From assembly GCF_006345805.1 (NCBI RefSeq), contig NC_043012.1:55366001-55430000 (forward strand): a stretch of 64,000 nt of DNA, in the 5' to 3' direction. This document shows positions 12,833-26,422 of the stretch, piece after piece (position 1 is the stretch's first letter; the number at the start of each line of letters is the position of its first letter). Below the pieces are notes generated by a model. It saw nothing but the letters and a program-made list of their open reading frames with translations, searched no databases and had not been told where the DNA came from. The position numbers and the translations under genes are program-made. The stretch is from Octopus sinensis. Its lineage: Eukaryota.

Positions 12833-13569
12833 AAATAGCATAAAATCTACTATTAATTTCTTACACCAACTATAACCAACAACCAACCAAAGAGAAATCA
12901 CCTGACTGGAGTCGAAAAAGTTCAACAGAAACTGCTGAATGTAATCTGTCTATGAGTTATCTGTCATCTGTTCTCCTATACAAATCTAACTCTAAGCACC
13001 TGTTTTTACATACGTGCTTGAATGAAGCCAAACAATAGCATATAAGCAAACAATAATTCCTCATACAAAAGATAATCAACTTAGCAGTTGCCATCCGACT
13101 TGTACCAATATGGTTGTGCTGTCAGATCAAGAATATATCTTTACCATCCATTCATCTGTACCCCAGTCCTACACATTTGCTTTGTTTCCCTCCTTTTCCT
13201 TCATTTTTTTTTTTCATGTTCTGCCGGAATGCAACCACATTGCTCCACCCACAAGATGAATCGCCTTCAAAATATATAAATATAAATATAATGCATGGAA
13301 AACATAAGCAAATTTGCCGTAAGATGACGGCGAGTGAGCAGAAACTTTGATGTAACAGTCAAATAACTTATTCCTTACAAAAATAAAACACGTTACTATT
13401 ACTGAAATGTGACTATGTAACTACGCATGAAAATTAATATTAATATATATATATACATATGTATGTATATATGTATGTGTATATATGTTTATGGATATGT
13501 GTGTATGTGTGAATGTATGTATGGAGGGATGGATAAATGGATGTGTATATACATATATGTATGTGTATA

Positions 13570-13654
<85 letters not shown>

Positions 13655-14303
13655 TAGATAGATAGATACATATATATACATACATATTGTTATACTTGGA
13701 GATGGTATATTTTTCTTGCCAATATGCACTATTTATTCGATTTTCACTTTAGATTTTGTTTGCTTATACGCTTGTGAAGGTTCCTTCGTCACACATTCTG
13801 TGACCTCATCAGTGACTCTTGTTCTGCTTATTTCATTTTGTCCTTTTATGGTATAATATATATATATATATATATGTATATATAAGTGTGTGTGTGTATG
13901 GGAATAAGTAAATGTCTGTGTGTGTGAGTGTTTGTATGTGTACAAATGAATATATATATATACATATATATATGTATGTATGTATGTATACTAATATATG
14001 CATGCATACATATACATATATGTGTGTGTGAATGTACGCATGTGTGTAAGGTTAACAAGTCGAAACGTCGAACTCACTGTCATCACTCTTGTAAATAAGT
14101 GCTCTACAAAAAAGTATTGAATAATCCTTGCATAGGCGCAGGCGTGGCTGCGTGGTAAGGAGCTTGCTTCTCAACCACATGGCTCCTGATTCTGTCGTAT
14201 TGCGTGGTACCTTGGGCAAGTGTTTTCTCCTATAACCTCGGGCGGACCAAAACCTTGTGAATATATTTGGTAGACTGAAACTGAAAGAAGTCCGTCGTAC
14301 ATA

Positions 14304-15640
14304 CAGCGTGCGGTGAATAAACTGTCATCTAAATTACGCAAAAATGAAAATAACAAAGACATCTAATTTTAACAGATATATTTACCAAAATTACATAGAA
14401 AATCTTGAAATTCTAAAGGGTAAATTTATTCAATAAAATCGTCATTTGCTTCAACTACGGCCTCCAGGCGACTTCGGAATCTCCTGCAGCTCTTCTAGAC
14501 GGTCTCTTTTTTGAAGTTGGTGAATGCTGCCATAACCTTTGCTTTTAGTTCACTTTTGGTGTTATAAAAAGTTTTGTTGGTCTCTCGCTCAACTGCACCC
14601 CACACATAATAATCAAGGGGTTGCAGTCTGGGGAGTTAGGTGGCCAGATGCTAGGGGTAATGTGGTCGCAGAAATTGTCTGACAGCCATGACTGGACTCC
14701 CCTGTTTGTGTGGCATGGTGCAGAGTCCTGTTGCCAGACACAGGGTCTTCTAACAGCTACCCTCTTGACCCAGGGCAGCACTACCTCCTCCAGACACTAG
14801 ATGTAGGCCTCTGTGTTGAGCTTGAGGTCGTGTGGGAAGATGAATGGAGGCATAACGTCGCCATCACCAATGATCACTCCAAACACCATGATGTTGACTG
14901 GATGTTTGATTTTTATCACTCTTGGTACATATTTTGGAGACACGGCAAGCCAACAGCTGTTCTGAATGTTCACCATCTGCTCCTGGCAGAAAAGTTTCTC
15001 GTCTGAGAAAAACCAAAGAATGTTCGGTTGGAGAGGATTCCTGAGTTTGTTCAAAAGTTTCGTAGCGCGGTATTTCCTCCAATCTTTGATGGCTTCGGAT
15101 AAAAATTGGCCCTTTCTCATATTGTATGAAGAATACCGAATGTTCTCATGCACTACCTGCCTTATAAGAAACTCAGACACTCTCATGTCGCTGGCGATGG
15201 ACCTGATTGACCTGGAGGGACCGTTGTCAATCATGGCCTGGATCTCACCAACAAAATCAGGAGTTCTTTTCTTATCACAACGATCAGAGTGAGTTATCAC
15301 AAAGATCAGAGTGAGTTATCACAACGATCAGAGTGAGCTGCAGTACCTTCGTCAGCACCATTAGAGTCATCCAACTCTTTCCAAATCCTCTACACTATCC
15401 TCAGATTGACACCCAAACACTCTGAAATGGTCATATTGGAGCTTCTGGCGCGAATTCCAAGCACCACAGCATGGTGTTTCCAAATTTCAGGTAAAGTAAA
15501 TTGCATCATGATGCTACTTTTCTCACAGACGGTGCCCAACTGACCCTACCATATTGTGTAGTTGACAAAATCAAAAACAAACAATGCGAATGCGCAAAAT
15601 TTAATATTTAAAATGGCGAGCATTTACACATCGTACCCTG
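14304..15640 (-). mobile_element. Full-length Tc1/mariner element of the DD37D (maT/Bmmar1-like) family
   Basis: TA TSD (14302-3, 15641-2); degenerate TIRs CAGCGTGCGGTGAATAAACTG / CAGGGTACGATGTGTAAATG; 1337 bp. Confidence 0.85.
14426..15509 (-). pseudogene. DD37D transposase pseudogene
   Basis: WFFSDEK (D1), WQQDSAPCH (D2), WPPNSPDCNP[fs]LDYYVWG (D3, 37 residues after D2), C-terminus EAVVEANDDFIE*; several stops, a 1-bp deletion near 14597 and a 22-bp triplication. Confidence 0.9.
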
Positions 15641-16049
15641 TATATATGTGTGTGCATGTGTATGTGCACGTGTGTTTGTGTGTTTATGTCAGCGTTCGTC
15701 CTCACCTCCACCGCTTGATAACTGGTGGTGGTGGTGTGTTTACGTCCCTGTGATCTAGTGGTTCGGCAAAAGTCACCGATAGGATAAGTATCAGGCTTAA
15801 CTAAAAACTACTGCGGTCGATTCATTCGACTAAAAAAAACTTCAAGGTGGTGCCCCAGCATGACCGCAGTCTAATAACTTAAACAAATAAACGGTAAATA
15901 ACAAAAGCTGTATATACAATATATATTTTTTGTTGTACTTGTTTCGGTCATTAGACTGCGGCCATCCTGGGACACCGCTTTGAAGAATTTTTAGTTAAAT
16001 GAATCTACCCCAATACTTACTGAAATGAGACACTGTAGATATATTCGTA

Positions 16050-16138
16050 TCTGTCAAAGAAACGTCCATGGGGATTCGAACTCACCTTCTTTGAGTAAGA
16101 AGTCGAGTATCTTATTCACTGAGCTAATGATCCTCTAT
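16050..16138 (-). pseudogene. tRNA-like sequence (SINE head or tRNA pseudogene)
   Basis: Minus strand TAGCTCAGTGAATAAG (A-box-like) and GAGTTCGAATCCC (B-box); acceptor stem does not pair, so not a functional tRNA. Confidence 0.5.
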
Positions 16139-16332
16139 ATGTACAAGCTTGTATATGTTAGTGATTTATTAGGTGTTATTGTTTGTGTACAGAATCGTGG
16201 CTAAAGCTATGTCTGACCATCGCCTAAATACATGCAATCGTACGCGTTATTCATGTATCAATGTATTAATAAAAATATCTATGCGCATGTATATGTATGC
16301 AAATATTCAAACATGCATACCGATATCTATAT

Positions 16333-16371
<39 letters not shown>

Positions 16372-16381
16372 ATATATATAT

Positions 16382-16474
<93 letters not shown>

Positions 16475-17767
16475 ACACACACACACACACACACCACACA
16501 CACACACACAACACACACAAACACGGTGAAAAAATTACATCGTAGTAACATGTAATCTACGATCATCGGGCGAAATTTTAAACCTGAAAGATTTTAAACA
16601 TCGACCCGGACATGTCAAGCTAATGTTGGATATACCTGCGTCGATGTTTAATATTTATCTTTGTAAAGAGTTTGCCTGATGATGGCGGATTCAATATTAT
16701 CAATACAATCTATATACATACAAAACAAATAACCACACACTTATAAAGACACAGGTATTTGTGCATACGTACATGGAAAAATCTATACGCCTGCATGAAA
16801 AATTCATATATATACAATAGGGTCTTATATATATAAAATAAGCGAGTTAAAATTTTTGATTGAGATTACCGAAGTAATTAGTAGAGAAAGTCGCCCTCTA
16901 GATTTGCTTAAACTGTATAAGTAAGGGATAAAATTAGTTGAGTGAAACGTTTAGAATTTATAAACAATGCAAAATGGCGTAGTTCTGATATTTAAAACTT
17001 TAATCCTTTCCAATCTACATTAGTTATATATCGTACAAACACTTCAATCAACTGATCTTGATAACGTTATCTCCCTTGCAAGTTTTCTTAATTTATATCT
17101 TTAACATCTATTAAAGTTAATTTTTATCTACAAATCATCTGGGTAATTTGAGACACTCAAAAGGGATTTTGTTTTATCTACTTATTACTTGGATTATCCT
17201 ATTCGAGTTTATTCAACTCTATGTGTTATTACTGTATTTGTATGCAGAACGCCCACTTGCGGTATATTCTACGCCTTATTTTGTTAGTAAATTCTAAAGT
17301 AACAATTTGAACAGCTAGACTTTTCAGAAAAAGAAATCACCCAGCGAACACACGTATTTCTTATACAATCTGTAAGTGGAACGGAACAGTACAAATATGC
17401 AAATTTTTCATAAGTTCAGAGTGTCACGTTGTTTTCTATTCTACAGTCTCTCGATGGAGCTTTGTAACTTTGTTAGAAACCAGTACATTCCTTACAAGAC
17501 GACTTTAAACAATTGAAAATAGAAACAAGCAAACATACATACATACATACATACAAATATACATAAGCTTATATACAACATACATAGCACACATATACTA
17601 ACTATAGAGGATTGATGAGTCGATGAGCCGAAATCTTTATCGACATATTCAAAAGCAACTTCTATATCATATAATGTGCGCGCGCGCGTATGGTTGCAGG
17701 TGTGTGTGCATACGCATTCGTCGATGCATATGCGCACTTACTTACGTACATACACATAAGTATACAT

Positions 17768-17816
<49 letters not shown>

Positions 17817-18091
17817 CCATCCATCCATCCACATATATACATACATGTACATGTGTGTGTATATGTGTGTATATGTGTGTGTGTGGAAAGATGAATGGAT
17901 GGATATATATATACACGAACAAGTGAACAATTGGGAGAAAGTAGCCTACAACACATTTGATTGGAATCATATGTATTTAATAACAGCCTGATTCCGCTCC
18001 GCATTACTTTAAGTTTCGTGTGTGCGATGAGAGGGACGAAACTTTAAGCCATATGTGGCTGAATCAAATTACTATTACATATATATATATA

Positions 18092-19382
18092 CGAGGGGCG
18101 TTCAATAAGTAATGCCTCTGACCCACTTGCAGTTGTTTGATCTAGCTGAAATTTTGCATGTGCAATTATTAATATCTCTATAGATTAAGTGGCAAATTAC
18201 AGCTCCGAACTAATTGTGGTTTCTGATTTACAGGTGTTTGAAATGAGTCAAGTGGGAAATGGAGCATGTTGAGTGTCGAGCAGTGATCCGGTTTTTGTAT
18301 TTGAAATGACGCACACCACGGGAGACTTTTAATGAAATGAAAGTAACTTATGGTGATGATGCCCCATCATATGACCTTGTAAAACGCTGGCATCGTGAAT
18401 TCAAACATGGTCGGAACTCTGTGGAAACAGCTCCCAGATCTGGTCGCACCCCTTCTGCCATTGATGAGGCATCTGTCCGTCAAGTTGAGGCTGCCATTTT
18501 GGAAGATCGACGCATAACTATTCGCCAAATAGCCCATGAGGTCAAGATTAGTACCGGGTCTGTGGAAACTATCATTTATGACCATTTGCATATGCAAAAG
18601 GTGTCTGCCAGATGGATTTCCAGGTTGCTCACACTTTTCCAGAAGCAAGAACGCAAGAATTCCAGAAGCAAGATTTTAGGGATGTGCTAAGAAGATGAGT
18701 CAAAATTTTTCAAAAGACTGATTACACAGGATGAGACCTGGGTCCATCACTATGATCCAGAGACCAAAGCCCAGTCAATGCAGTGGAAGCACCATGACTC
18801 ACCTCCTCCAAAGAAGGCAAGGGTGCAGCCCTCCGCTGGCAAGGTCATGCTCACAGTCTTCTGGGACCAGGACGGAGTAGTGATGACAGATTTCCTGGCA
18901 AAGGGTACCACAATTACAGGAGCCTATCATGTTTCACTTTTGAGGAAATTAAGAGAAGCTATCGAAACCAAGAGGCGGGGCAAGATCAGCAAAGGCATCC
19001 TCCTCCTGCAGGACAACGCTCCGGTCCACAACTCGCGTGTCGCCAGATCAGAAGCACAGGCGTGCGGCTATGAACTCTTCCCCCATCCCCCTACTCTCCT
19101 GACCTTGCGCCCTCTGATTTTCACCTCTTCCCAGCCATGAAGTTGTTTTTGAAAGGAAAGCGTTTCCCAGATGATGCAGCCTTGATTTCTGAAGTCACGT
19201 TCAGGTTGGAGGACCAAGCTGGGTTCTTCTACAAAAAAGGTCTCCAGAACTGCATCAAACGATGGGAGAAATGCGTACCTCTGGGTTGTTCCTATGTAGA
19301 AAAAGACTAATACCTGTGCCAAGTTTCGTTGCTCTACTGCTATGGGAAGTGGGTCAAGGGCATTACTTATTGAACGCCCCTC

Positions 19383-19383
<1 letters not shown>
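18092..19383 (+). mobile_element. Full-length mariner (DD34D) element, 1292 bp, inserted in (TA)n
   Basis: About 37-bp TIRs CGAGGGGCGTTCAATAAGTAATGCC(TC/CT)TGACCCACTT with 2 mismatches; TA TSD. Confidence 0.95.
18259..19310 (+). pseudogene. Mariner transposase pseudogene
   Basis: HTH region (VKRWHREFKHGR..PRSGRT), WISRLL, ITQDETWVHHYDPE, LLQDNAPVH, HPP[fs]YSPDLAPSDFHLF giving D34D; stops at about 18307 and 18688 and a frameshift near 19090. Confidence 0.95.
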
Positions 19384-19437
<54 letters not shown>

Positions 19438-19449
19438 TACATATATATG

Positions 19450-19787
19450 TAGGCGTAGGGTATAGTCCCACTCCGTGGCACCTTGGGCACTTTCTTTTAC
19501 TATAGCCTCAGGCTGACCAAAGCCTTCTGAGTGAATTTGGTAGACGGAAGCTGAAAGCAGCCCGTCATATATGCGTGGTGTGTGTGTGTGTCTGTCTGCT
19601 TTTCTCCATTTACCATTGCTTGACAACAGATGCCGGTGTGTTTACATCCCCGTTAACTTAGCTGTTTCATCAAAGGAGAGCGATAGAATAAGTACTAGGT
19701 ATGCAAAGAATAAGTGCTGAGGGCGATTTGTTCGACTAAAGGCAGTGCTCCAGCATGGCTGAAGTCAAATGACTGAAACAAGTAACA

Positions 19788-19790
<3 letters not shown>
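19450..19790 (+). mobile_element. SINE family B with internally deleted head
   Basis: CORE-like GTGGCACCTTGGGCA, central microsatellite and family-B tail. Confidence 0.8.
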
Positions 19791-19833
<43 letters not shown>

Positions 19834-20392
19834 TATATATATATGATGTATGTATATATATATATGTGTGTGTATATATATATATACATATACACACACG
19901 ATGTTTTTTTCATTGTTCCGACAGCTTTTTATAGTGTTTGATGTTACATATAACCTTGCTTAGGGGCTAACAACATACATGCATACATACATACATACAT
20001 ACATACATACATACATACATACATACATACATGCTCAACCACTCATGACTATATAGTTGCCCACATATATTTACACATACAAACACAGCTTGGTTAAAAC
20101 CCAAGCTGTGTTAGTATGTTTCTTTGAAGATATATATTTATGTATAGTTTCTTGTGTAGATTAAAAATGTAGAGTTGTGAGAAAGCAGATAGCTGAGTGG
20201 ATAGAATGCTGGACAAAATTGTTTATAATATGTAGTTGCGATCTTTTGTTTCCTGATTTTGATCCACATCGACGTCGTTACCTTCCCAGCCATCATTTCC
20301 GGATGAGATATTCAATAAAATAAACTACGAGTCAAATACTTTAGTTGACGTACTCTGCTATACTCACCTTCTCACCAAACGTATGACTTTGC

Positions 20393-20625
20393 AAGGCGGC
20401 GAGCTGGCAGAAACGTAAGCACGCCGGGCGAGATGCTTAGCGGTATTTCCTCTGCAGTTACGTTCTGAGTTCAAATTCCGCCGAGGTCAACTTTGTCTTT
20501 CATCCTTTCGGGGTCGATAAATTAAGTACCAGTTATGAATTGGGGTCGATGTAATCGACTCAATTCCTTTGTCTGTCCTTGTTTGTCCCGTCTATGTTTA
20601 GCCTCTTCTTGGCAATAAAGAAATG
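20393..20625 (+). mobile_element. SINE family A
   Basis: Full-length match to 8082-8313. Confidence 0.9.
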
Positions 20626-21024
20626 AAAACGTGTGGCTTTGTGCCAACACTTTTTAATCACGGCTCTTTACAGTTATGTGAAGACGTGTGGTCTAATGGT
20701 TAGGGTGCTGCTCTGACGATCGCTAGATGCGGCTTCGATTTCCCAGAGCGGGAGTGCATTGTATTCTTGAGCAAAATACATAATTTCACATTGCTTCAAT
20801 CTACCCAGCTGTAAATGAGAAACTCTGTAACACACTGGCGTCCTGTTCAAGGAGGGTGGTGGTGGCATGTTGTGATCCCTCCAAAGAAACCGGGTAACTG
20901 GCCACATGAATCATAGGGCTTCTAACATCTTTACTTTCTATGTGTCGATATGTTCGGACTCCAGTTCGTTGTTCAACTCTTTTGAGTCAGTTAAATAAAG
21001 TACCAGTCATGTAAAAAAAGGGTA

Positions 21025-21365
21025 AAGACCCCTTTCGGTCACGAATGACCATGAGACTGCACATAGAAAGTTACCTTCCAAGGCACAAGTCCGGGGGGCA
21101 AGGTTGTTTGTGGACGACCAGCAGTCGCCCATGCATACCAGGTTCCCCTCTTCTCGCCACCGATGTTATCTAAGGGCAAGGCAAAGGGGCCGATACAGCT
21201 TGGCATCAGAGACGTCACAACTTGATTCTGCAGCTGATTGAACGGAAGCAACGTAGAATAAAGTGTTTTGCTCAAGAACACTACACAGTCCGGGCCGGGA
21301 ATCGAACCCACTACCGCGTGATTGTGAGCCCGACGCTGTAATCACTGAGTCAGGCGCCTTTACCA
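21025..21365 (-). mobile_element. SINE family C, full length
   Basis: Reverse complement of the 9495-9808 family, with tRNA-like head (B-box GGGTTCGATTCCC). Confidence 0.8.
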
Positions 21366-22778
21366 ATCGTGTAATGAGTTAGATTAATATAACAAAAACA
21401 ACAACAACAACAATAACAACAACAACCCTTCTTTTCTTGAAACGTTTGGCTTTGTACGTCGGTCTTTTTTTGTGTTATCCTTTTAAAAGCGGGTCCGTTG
21501 CTAGAGAGTAAAACAGAGACAGATGGAAGTGTGTGTTGGTGTATGAGTGTGAATAAAGGAATGTGTATGTTTGTGAATGAAAGGACGTACGTGTATGCAC
21601 AAATGTGTGTGTGTGTATACTTGTGAATATGATGCTATGTATGTGTTTGTATATGACAAGATGTGTGGGTAAATGAATATGTGCGTATTACGTTATCAAT
21701 AATATGGAGTATTAGAGTGAAATAATATTGTCCTGACGACAATATTTTCTGACGAGTGTGTCATTTCAAGTATGTCGTCATAGTCCCACGATCGCATAGA
21801 TATTTGAAACTCATCTGTAGTCCGTACTATACTTTTACATGCTAGTACGGTTTGGAATTTTGGTTAAATAAACCCTAGGTCTAAACTGGTATTTATTTTA
21901 ACGACTTTACTCTTGACGGACGAAATGAAAGGCATTGTTGTCCTCTGCGGGATTTGAGCTCAGAACGTAAAGTGCCAGAGCAAATACTACTGCCCGACGC
22001 TTTAACGATTCTGCCAGTTTACCCCACTGACTTTGAGTTGGCAGAATTGTTAGAGCGTTGAAAAAAAAAACACGCGATGTTTGTTCCGGTTCTTTAAGTT
22101 CTGAGTTCAAATCTCTCCGTAATCAACTTTACCTTTCATAGCCTCGGAATCTATAAAATAAAATACCAGCATAATATTGGGGTCGATATGATCAACTGGC
22201 CCTGAAAATAGCTGGTTTGGTGCCTAAATTTAAAATAAATGATGAGTGTATGGTGTTGTAGTTGTGGTAGTATTGTTGTTGCTGTTGTTGTTGGTGGTGG
22301 TGGTAGTGTTGACAGTGGTGATTGTGATGATGATGATGATGGTATTAGTAACGGTAGTGGTAGTGGTGGTGGTGGCGGCGGTGGCGGATTGGTAACAGTA
22401 TTGGTAGAGCGCCTAACAAAATTATTTCCCAAATATTTGTTCTGAGTTCGAATCCTGTTAAGCTCGACTTTATCTTTCAGCCTTCCAGGGCAAGAGGCCT
22501 CGGTGAAATAAATTACACACAGAGAAGTGAGGAGCGTCGACCCATACAGGAGGTAGTGAGGGTCACTTCAATAGATACACAACCCCTCATCACTTCTTCC
22601 CCTTACAGAATTTGTGGCCTTTACTCCTAATCATAGACACCATCATTGTTGTATCTTTACCGACAACTGCACGTTTGGATTCCATTATGTCATATCCAAG
22701 AATAACATCCGTTTAATTATATTCTAGATCTGGAATTGAATGTGGATGTTGTTGTTATTAGCATTATTGTTAATATCA

Positions 22779-23452
22779 ACGTAGTGAGCTGGCAGAATCG
22801 TTAGCGCGCCGGTTAAAATGCTTGGCGGCATTTCGTCTGTCTTTATTTTCTGAGTTCGAATTCCACCCAAGTTGACGCTGCATTTCGCCCCTGTTGGGGT
22901 CGATGAAATAGGTACTAGTTGAGTACTGGGGTCGATGTAATTGATTTATCGCTCCCCTCGAAAATTACTGGCCCGGTGCCAAAATTTGAAACCATTATTA
23001 TTATTGTTATTTTTGTAAAGTTGCCGGGCTGACAGAATCGTTAGCGTGCCGGACAAAATGTTAAGTGGCATTTTGTCCGTCTTTACGTTCTGAGTTCAAA
23101 TTCCACCGAGGTCGACTTTGCCTTTTATGCTTTCGGGTTCGATACCAATGAAACACTGGGGTCGATTTAATCGACTAGTACCCTCCTCCAAAATTTCAGG
23201 TTTTCTACCTTCAGTAGGAAAGACTATCATTATTATTAAGTTGTCGAGCTGGCAGAAACGTTAGCGTGCCGGACAAAATGCTTAGTAGTATTTCGTCCGT
23301 CTTTACGTTCTGGATTCAAATTCAGCCGAGGCTGACTTTGTCTTTCATTCTTTCAGGGTCACTAAAATAAGTGCCAGTCGAGGACTGGGATCGATGTAAT
23401 CATCTTTGCCCCTTCCCTCAAAATTTCAGGTCTTTTGTCTATAGTAGAATGG
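22779..23452 (+). mobile_element. Three head-to-tail diverged family-A-type SINEs (about 22779-22995, 23018-23224, 23238-23452) separated by short (TTA)n
   Basis: Each has GCTGGCAGAA..GTTAGCG, B-box and Nin/Deu-like domain. Confidence 0.8.
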
Positions 23453-23786
23453 ATTATTATCATTGTTGCTTAACCCTAGGTTAACCCAGTTCAAGCAACG
23501 CTCTCATCAAATGCAATTAAACCATGATCATTCTGGCATATTTTAGCCATAGTGTATCGTTATAGGCACTTTATACCCTACAGTGGTACACAACGGCCAA
23601 GTTGACCTGGGTGGGGTGGGGTTGGGGGTGGGGGTAAACAACGACAACGACAACAGAAGCAGCAGTAGCAGCGGTAGCAGTGTTGCATTTCAATATGTCA
23701 TCAGTCTTCTGTCAAATAACTTGCGACACAACATTATACCTGTTGGCACCTGAAATACCCAAACCAACACCACCACCTCCACCACC

Positions 23787-23796
<10 letters not shown>

Positions 23797-23844
<48 letters not shown>

Positions 23845-23860
23845 TTACTACTACTACTAC

Positions 23861-23915
<55 letters not shown>
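23797..23915. repeat. (CTA)n directly followed by (TAG)n: self-complementary palindrome
   Basis: Centre CTAG at 23860-23863. Confidence 0.95.
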
Positions 23916-24025
23916 CTTTGACAAGGAAGACGTTTACACTGTTATAGCCGTCAGAATTCTAGACATGTCCTGTATATTTAGAAAGCAATAGCAACAAAGA
24001 CGCTCACACGCATGCACACACACAC

Positions 24026-24068
<43 letters not shown>

Positions 24069-24354
24069 GCACACACATACAAATGGTGTGTAGACATATT
24101 GATAGGCAATCATAGTTAGAGTGATGGAGATGAAAGCACACATATCTAGACTTCTAACCTTCGTTCTTTATTCATTCATTCACTCATTCACTCATTCGCT
24201 CATTCATTCATTCATTCTTTCGTTCTTTCTTTCTTTCTTTCTGTCTCTCCCTCTCTGAACTCCCATTCTTTCTCTCTCTCTCTCTCTCTGTATGTCTGTA
24301 TGTGTACGTGTCGTAAACATATATATATATTTATATGTATGTATGTATATAAAT

Positions 24355-24426
<72 letters not shown>

Positions 24427-24490
24427 ATGTATATGTATATGCATGTATGTGTGAGTGTGTATGAATGTATACACATACACACTCACACAA

Positions 24491-24533
<43 letters not shown>

Positions 24534-24772
24534 CATATATATATATATTACATGTGTATATAAGTGCATACATACAAACACATGTATGTATAGGATACGT
24601 GAGGTTGTATGTGTGTTTGTGTGTGTGTATGTGTATGTCTGAGTGTGTGTCTGTGTGTAAGTATGCATCTGTGTGTGAGTTTGTGTGTATTTCGTGTTAC
24701 GCTTAGAAACGGTGCACGTTCGTATTAGATGATTTCAAAATATTACATTATTACAACTAACAGGTATATGTA

Positions 24773-24807
<35 letters not shown>

Positions 24808-25240
24808 GCACACACACACACAAACACATATACGCACGCACACACACATATAAATAGATAGGTGGAGATAAAGAGGCAAGCAAAACAGATGGACAGAATA
24901 GAAAGCAATATATTTATACACACATATATATATATATATAAATATACGTACATATATACATACGCACATACATGCGTAAATGCATATATGAATAGATAAA
25001 TGATACATACGTATATGAACAGATATATATATATGTACATACATACATACATACATACATCCACACATACATATACATATACATACTACATACAACATGC
25101 ATACACGTATATATTTATTCATACGCGCGTACATACATACATATATATACATACATATACATACATACATCTCTCTACTAGTCTACCTATTTATTTAGAA
25201 GTGTGTCTGTGTGTGAATGCATGTAACAATTGTATTTATA

Positions 25241-25303
<63 letters not shown>

Positions 25304-25419
25304 GTATGTGGCGTATATATATATATATGGGGAGAATTCACAAAAAAAAACAGAAGACGAAGACTGGTTGTGTAGACAACAAAAAGATGTATTACTATAA
25401 CGTTTGGAATGTGAAAAAG

Positions 25420-25457
25420 CCTTTAATGTTTCGAGCCTACGCTCTTTCACAGAAAGG
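25420..25457 (-). ncRNA. Decayed minimal hammerhead-like motif in a repeat at about 25325-25520
   Basis: CCTTT-CTGTGAAA-GAGC-gtag-GCTC-GAAAC-ATT-AAAGG: perfect stem I (CCTTT/AAAGG) and stem II (GAGC/GCTC); core and cleavage triplet mutated. Confidence 0.5.
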
Positions 25458-26127
25458 AACACAGAAAGAAACAAGGAGAGAAAATGAAGGGAGAAAATAA
25501 AGAATGTGTAGTGGCTAGTGATCTATGATGCGATCTATATACATGCACACATACATACATACATACATACACATACTTAAGCATACATACGTCGATGCAA
25601 ACGTATATGTGACCATACGCAAATGAATTTGTATGTGTATATATACGTAGATAGTACGTATATTCATACACTCATACATACAAACATACACACAAATGGA
25701 CATGTACATACCTGTATCCATGCACACGCGCGCGCGCGCGTGAGCGTACTCAGGTACACGCACATATACCCGTTGATGGCGTAATGTAAACACCAAGATC
25801 AATAATGATAACAATAACAACAACACCTCCGACACCAACAACACGAAGTGCGGCAACAGCAACAAACATAACAACAACAACAACAATAACAATAACAATA
25901 GCGACAACACTGATGTAATCAAAACGAAAGACAAAACGTATATACAACAGCAACAATATTAATTATAATAATAATAATAATGATAAAAACAATGGCAATA
26001 ATAATCAATCAATTAATTGAAGAATCAGTAAACAATTAAAAATGAAAAGATAAAATTTATCGAAACACAAGATGAGGTTACCTGTCTTTGTTGCAGCAAT
26101 ATATATATATACACATATACATATACA

Positions 26128-26163
<36 letters not shown>

Positions 26164-26388
26164 CATACACACACACACACACACACACACATATAATATA
26201 TATACAATATATTATATATACATATATACATATATATCTGTATGTATGTATGTATTAATATATATATATTCTATACATAGAATACATAGATACATATATA
26301 TATTATATATTAATATATATATATATATAATATATATATATATACATATAATAATACATACATTCATACATTACATATGTATATATGC

Positions 26389-26422
<34 letters not shown>

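Larger units (their letters stand above)
14134..15890 (+). mobile_element. SINE family B split by the maT transposon: head 14134-14301, tail 15643-15890
   Basis: tRNA-like head GGCGCAGGCGTGGCTGCGTGGTAAG and CORE-like CCTTGGGCAAGTG up to GTCCGTCGTACA; the microsatellite and family-B tail resume right after the transposon. Confidence 0.75.
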
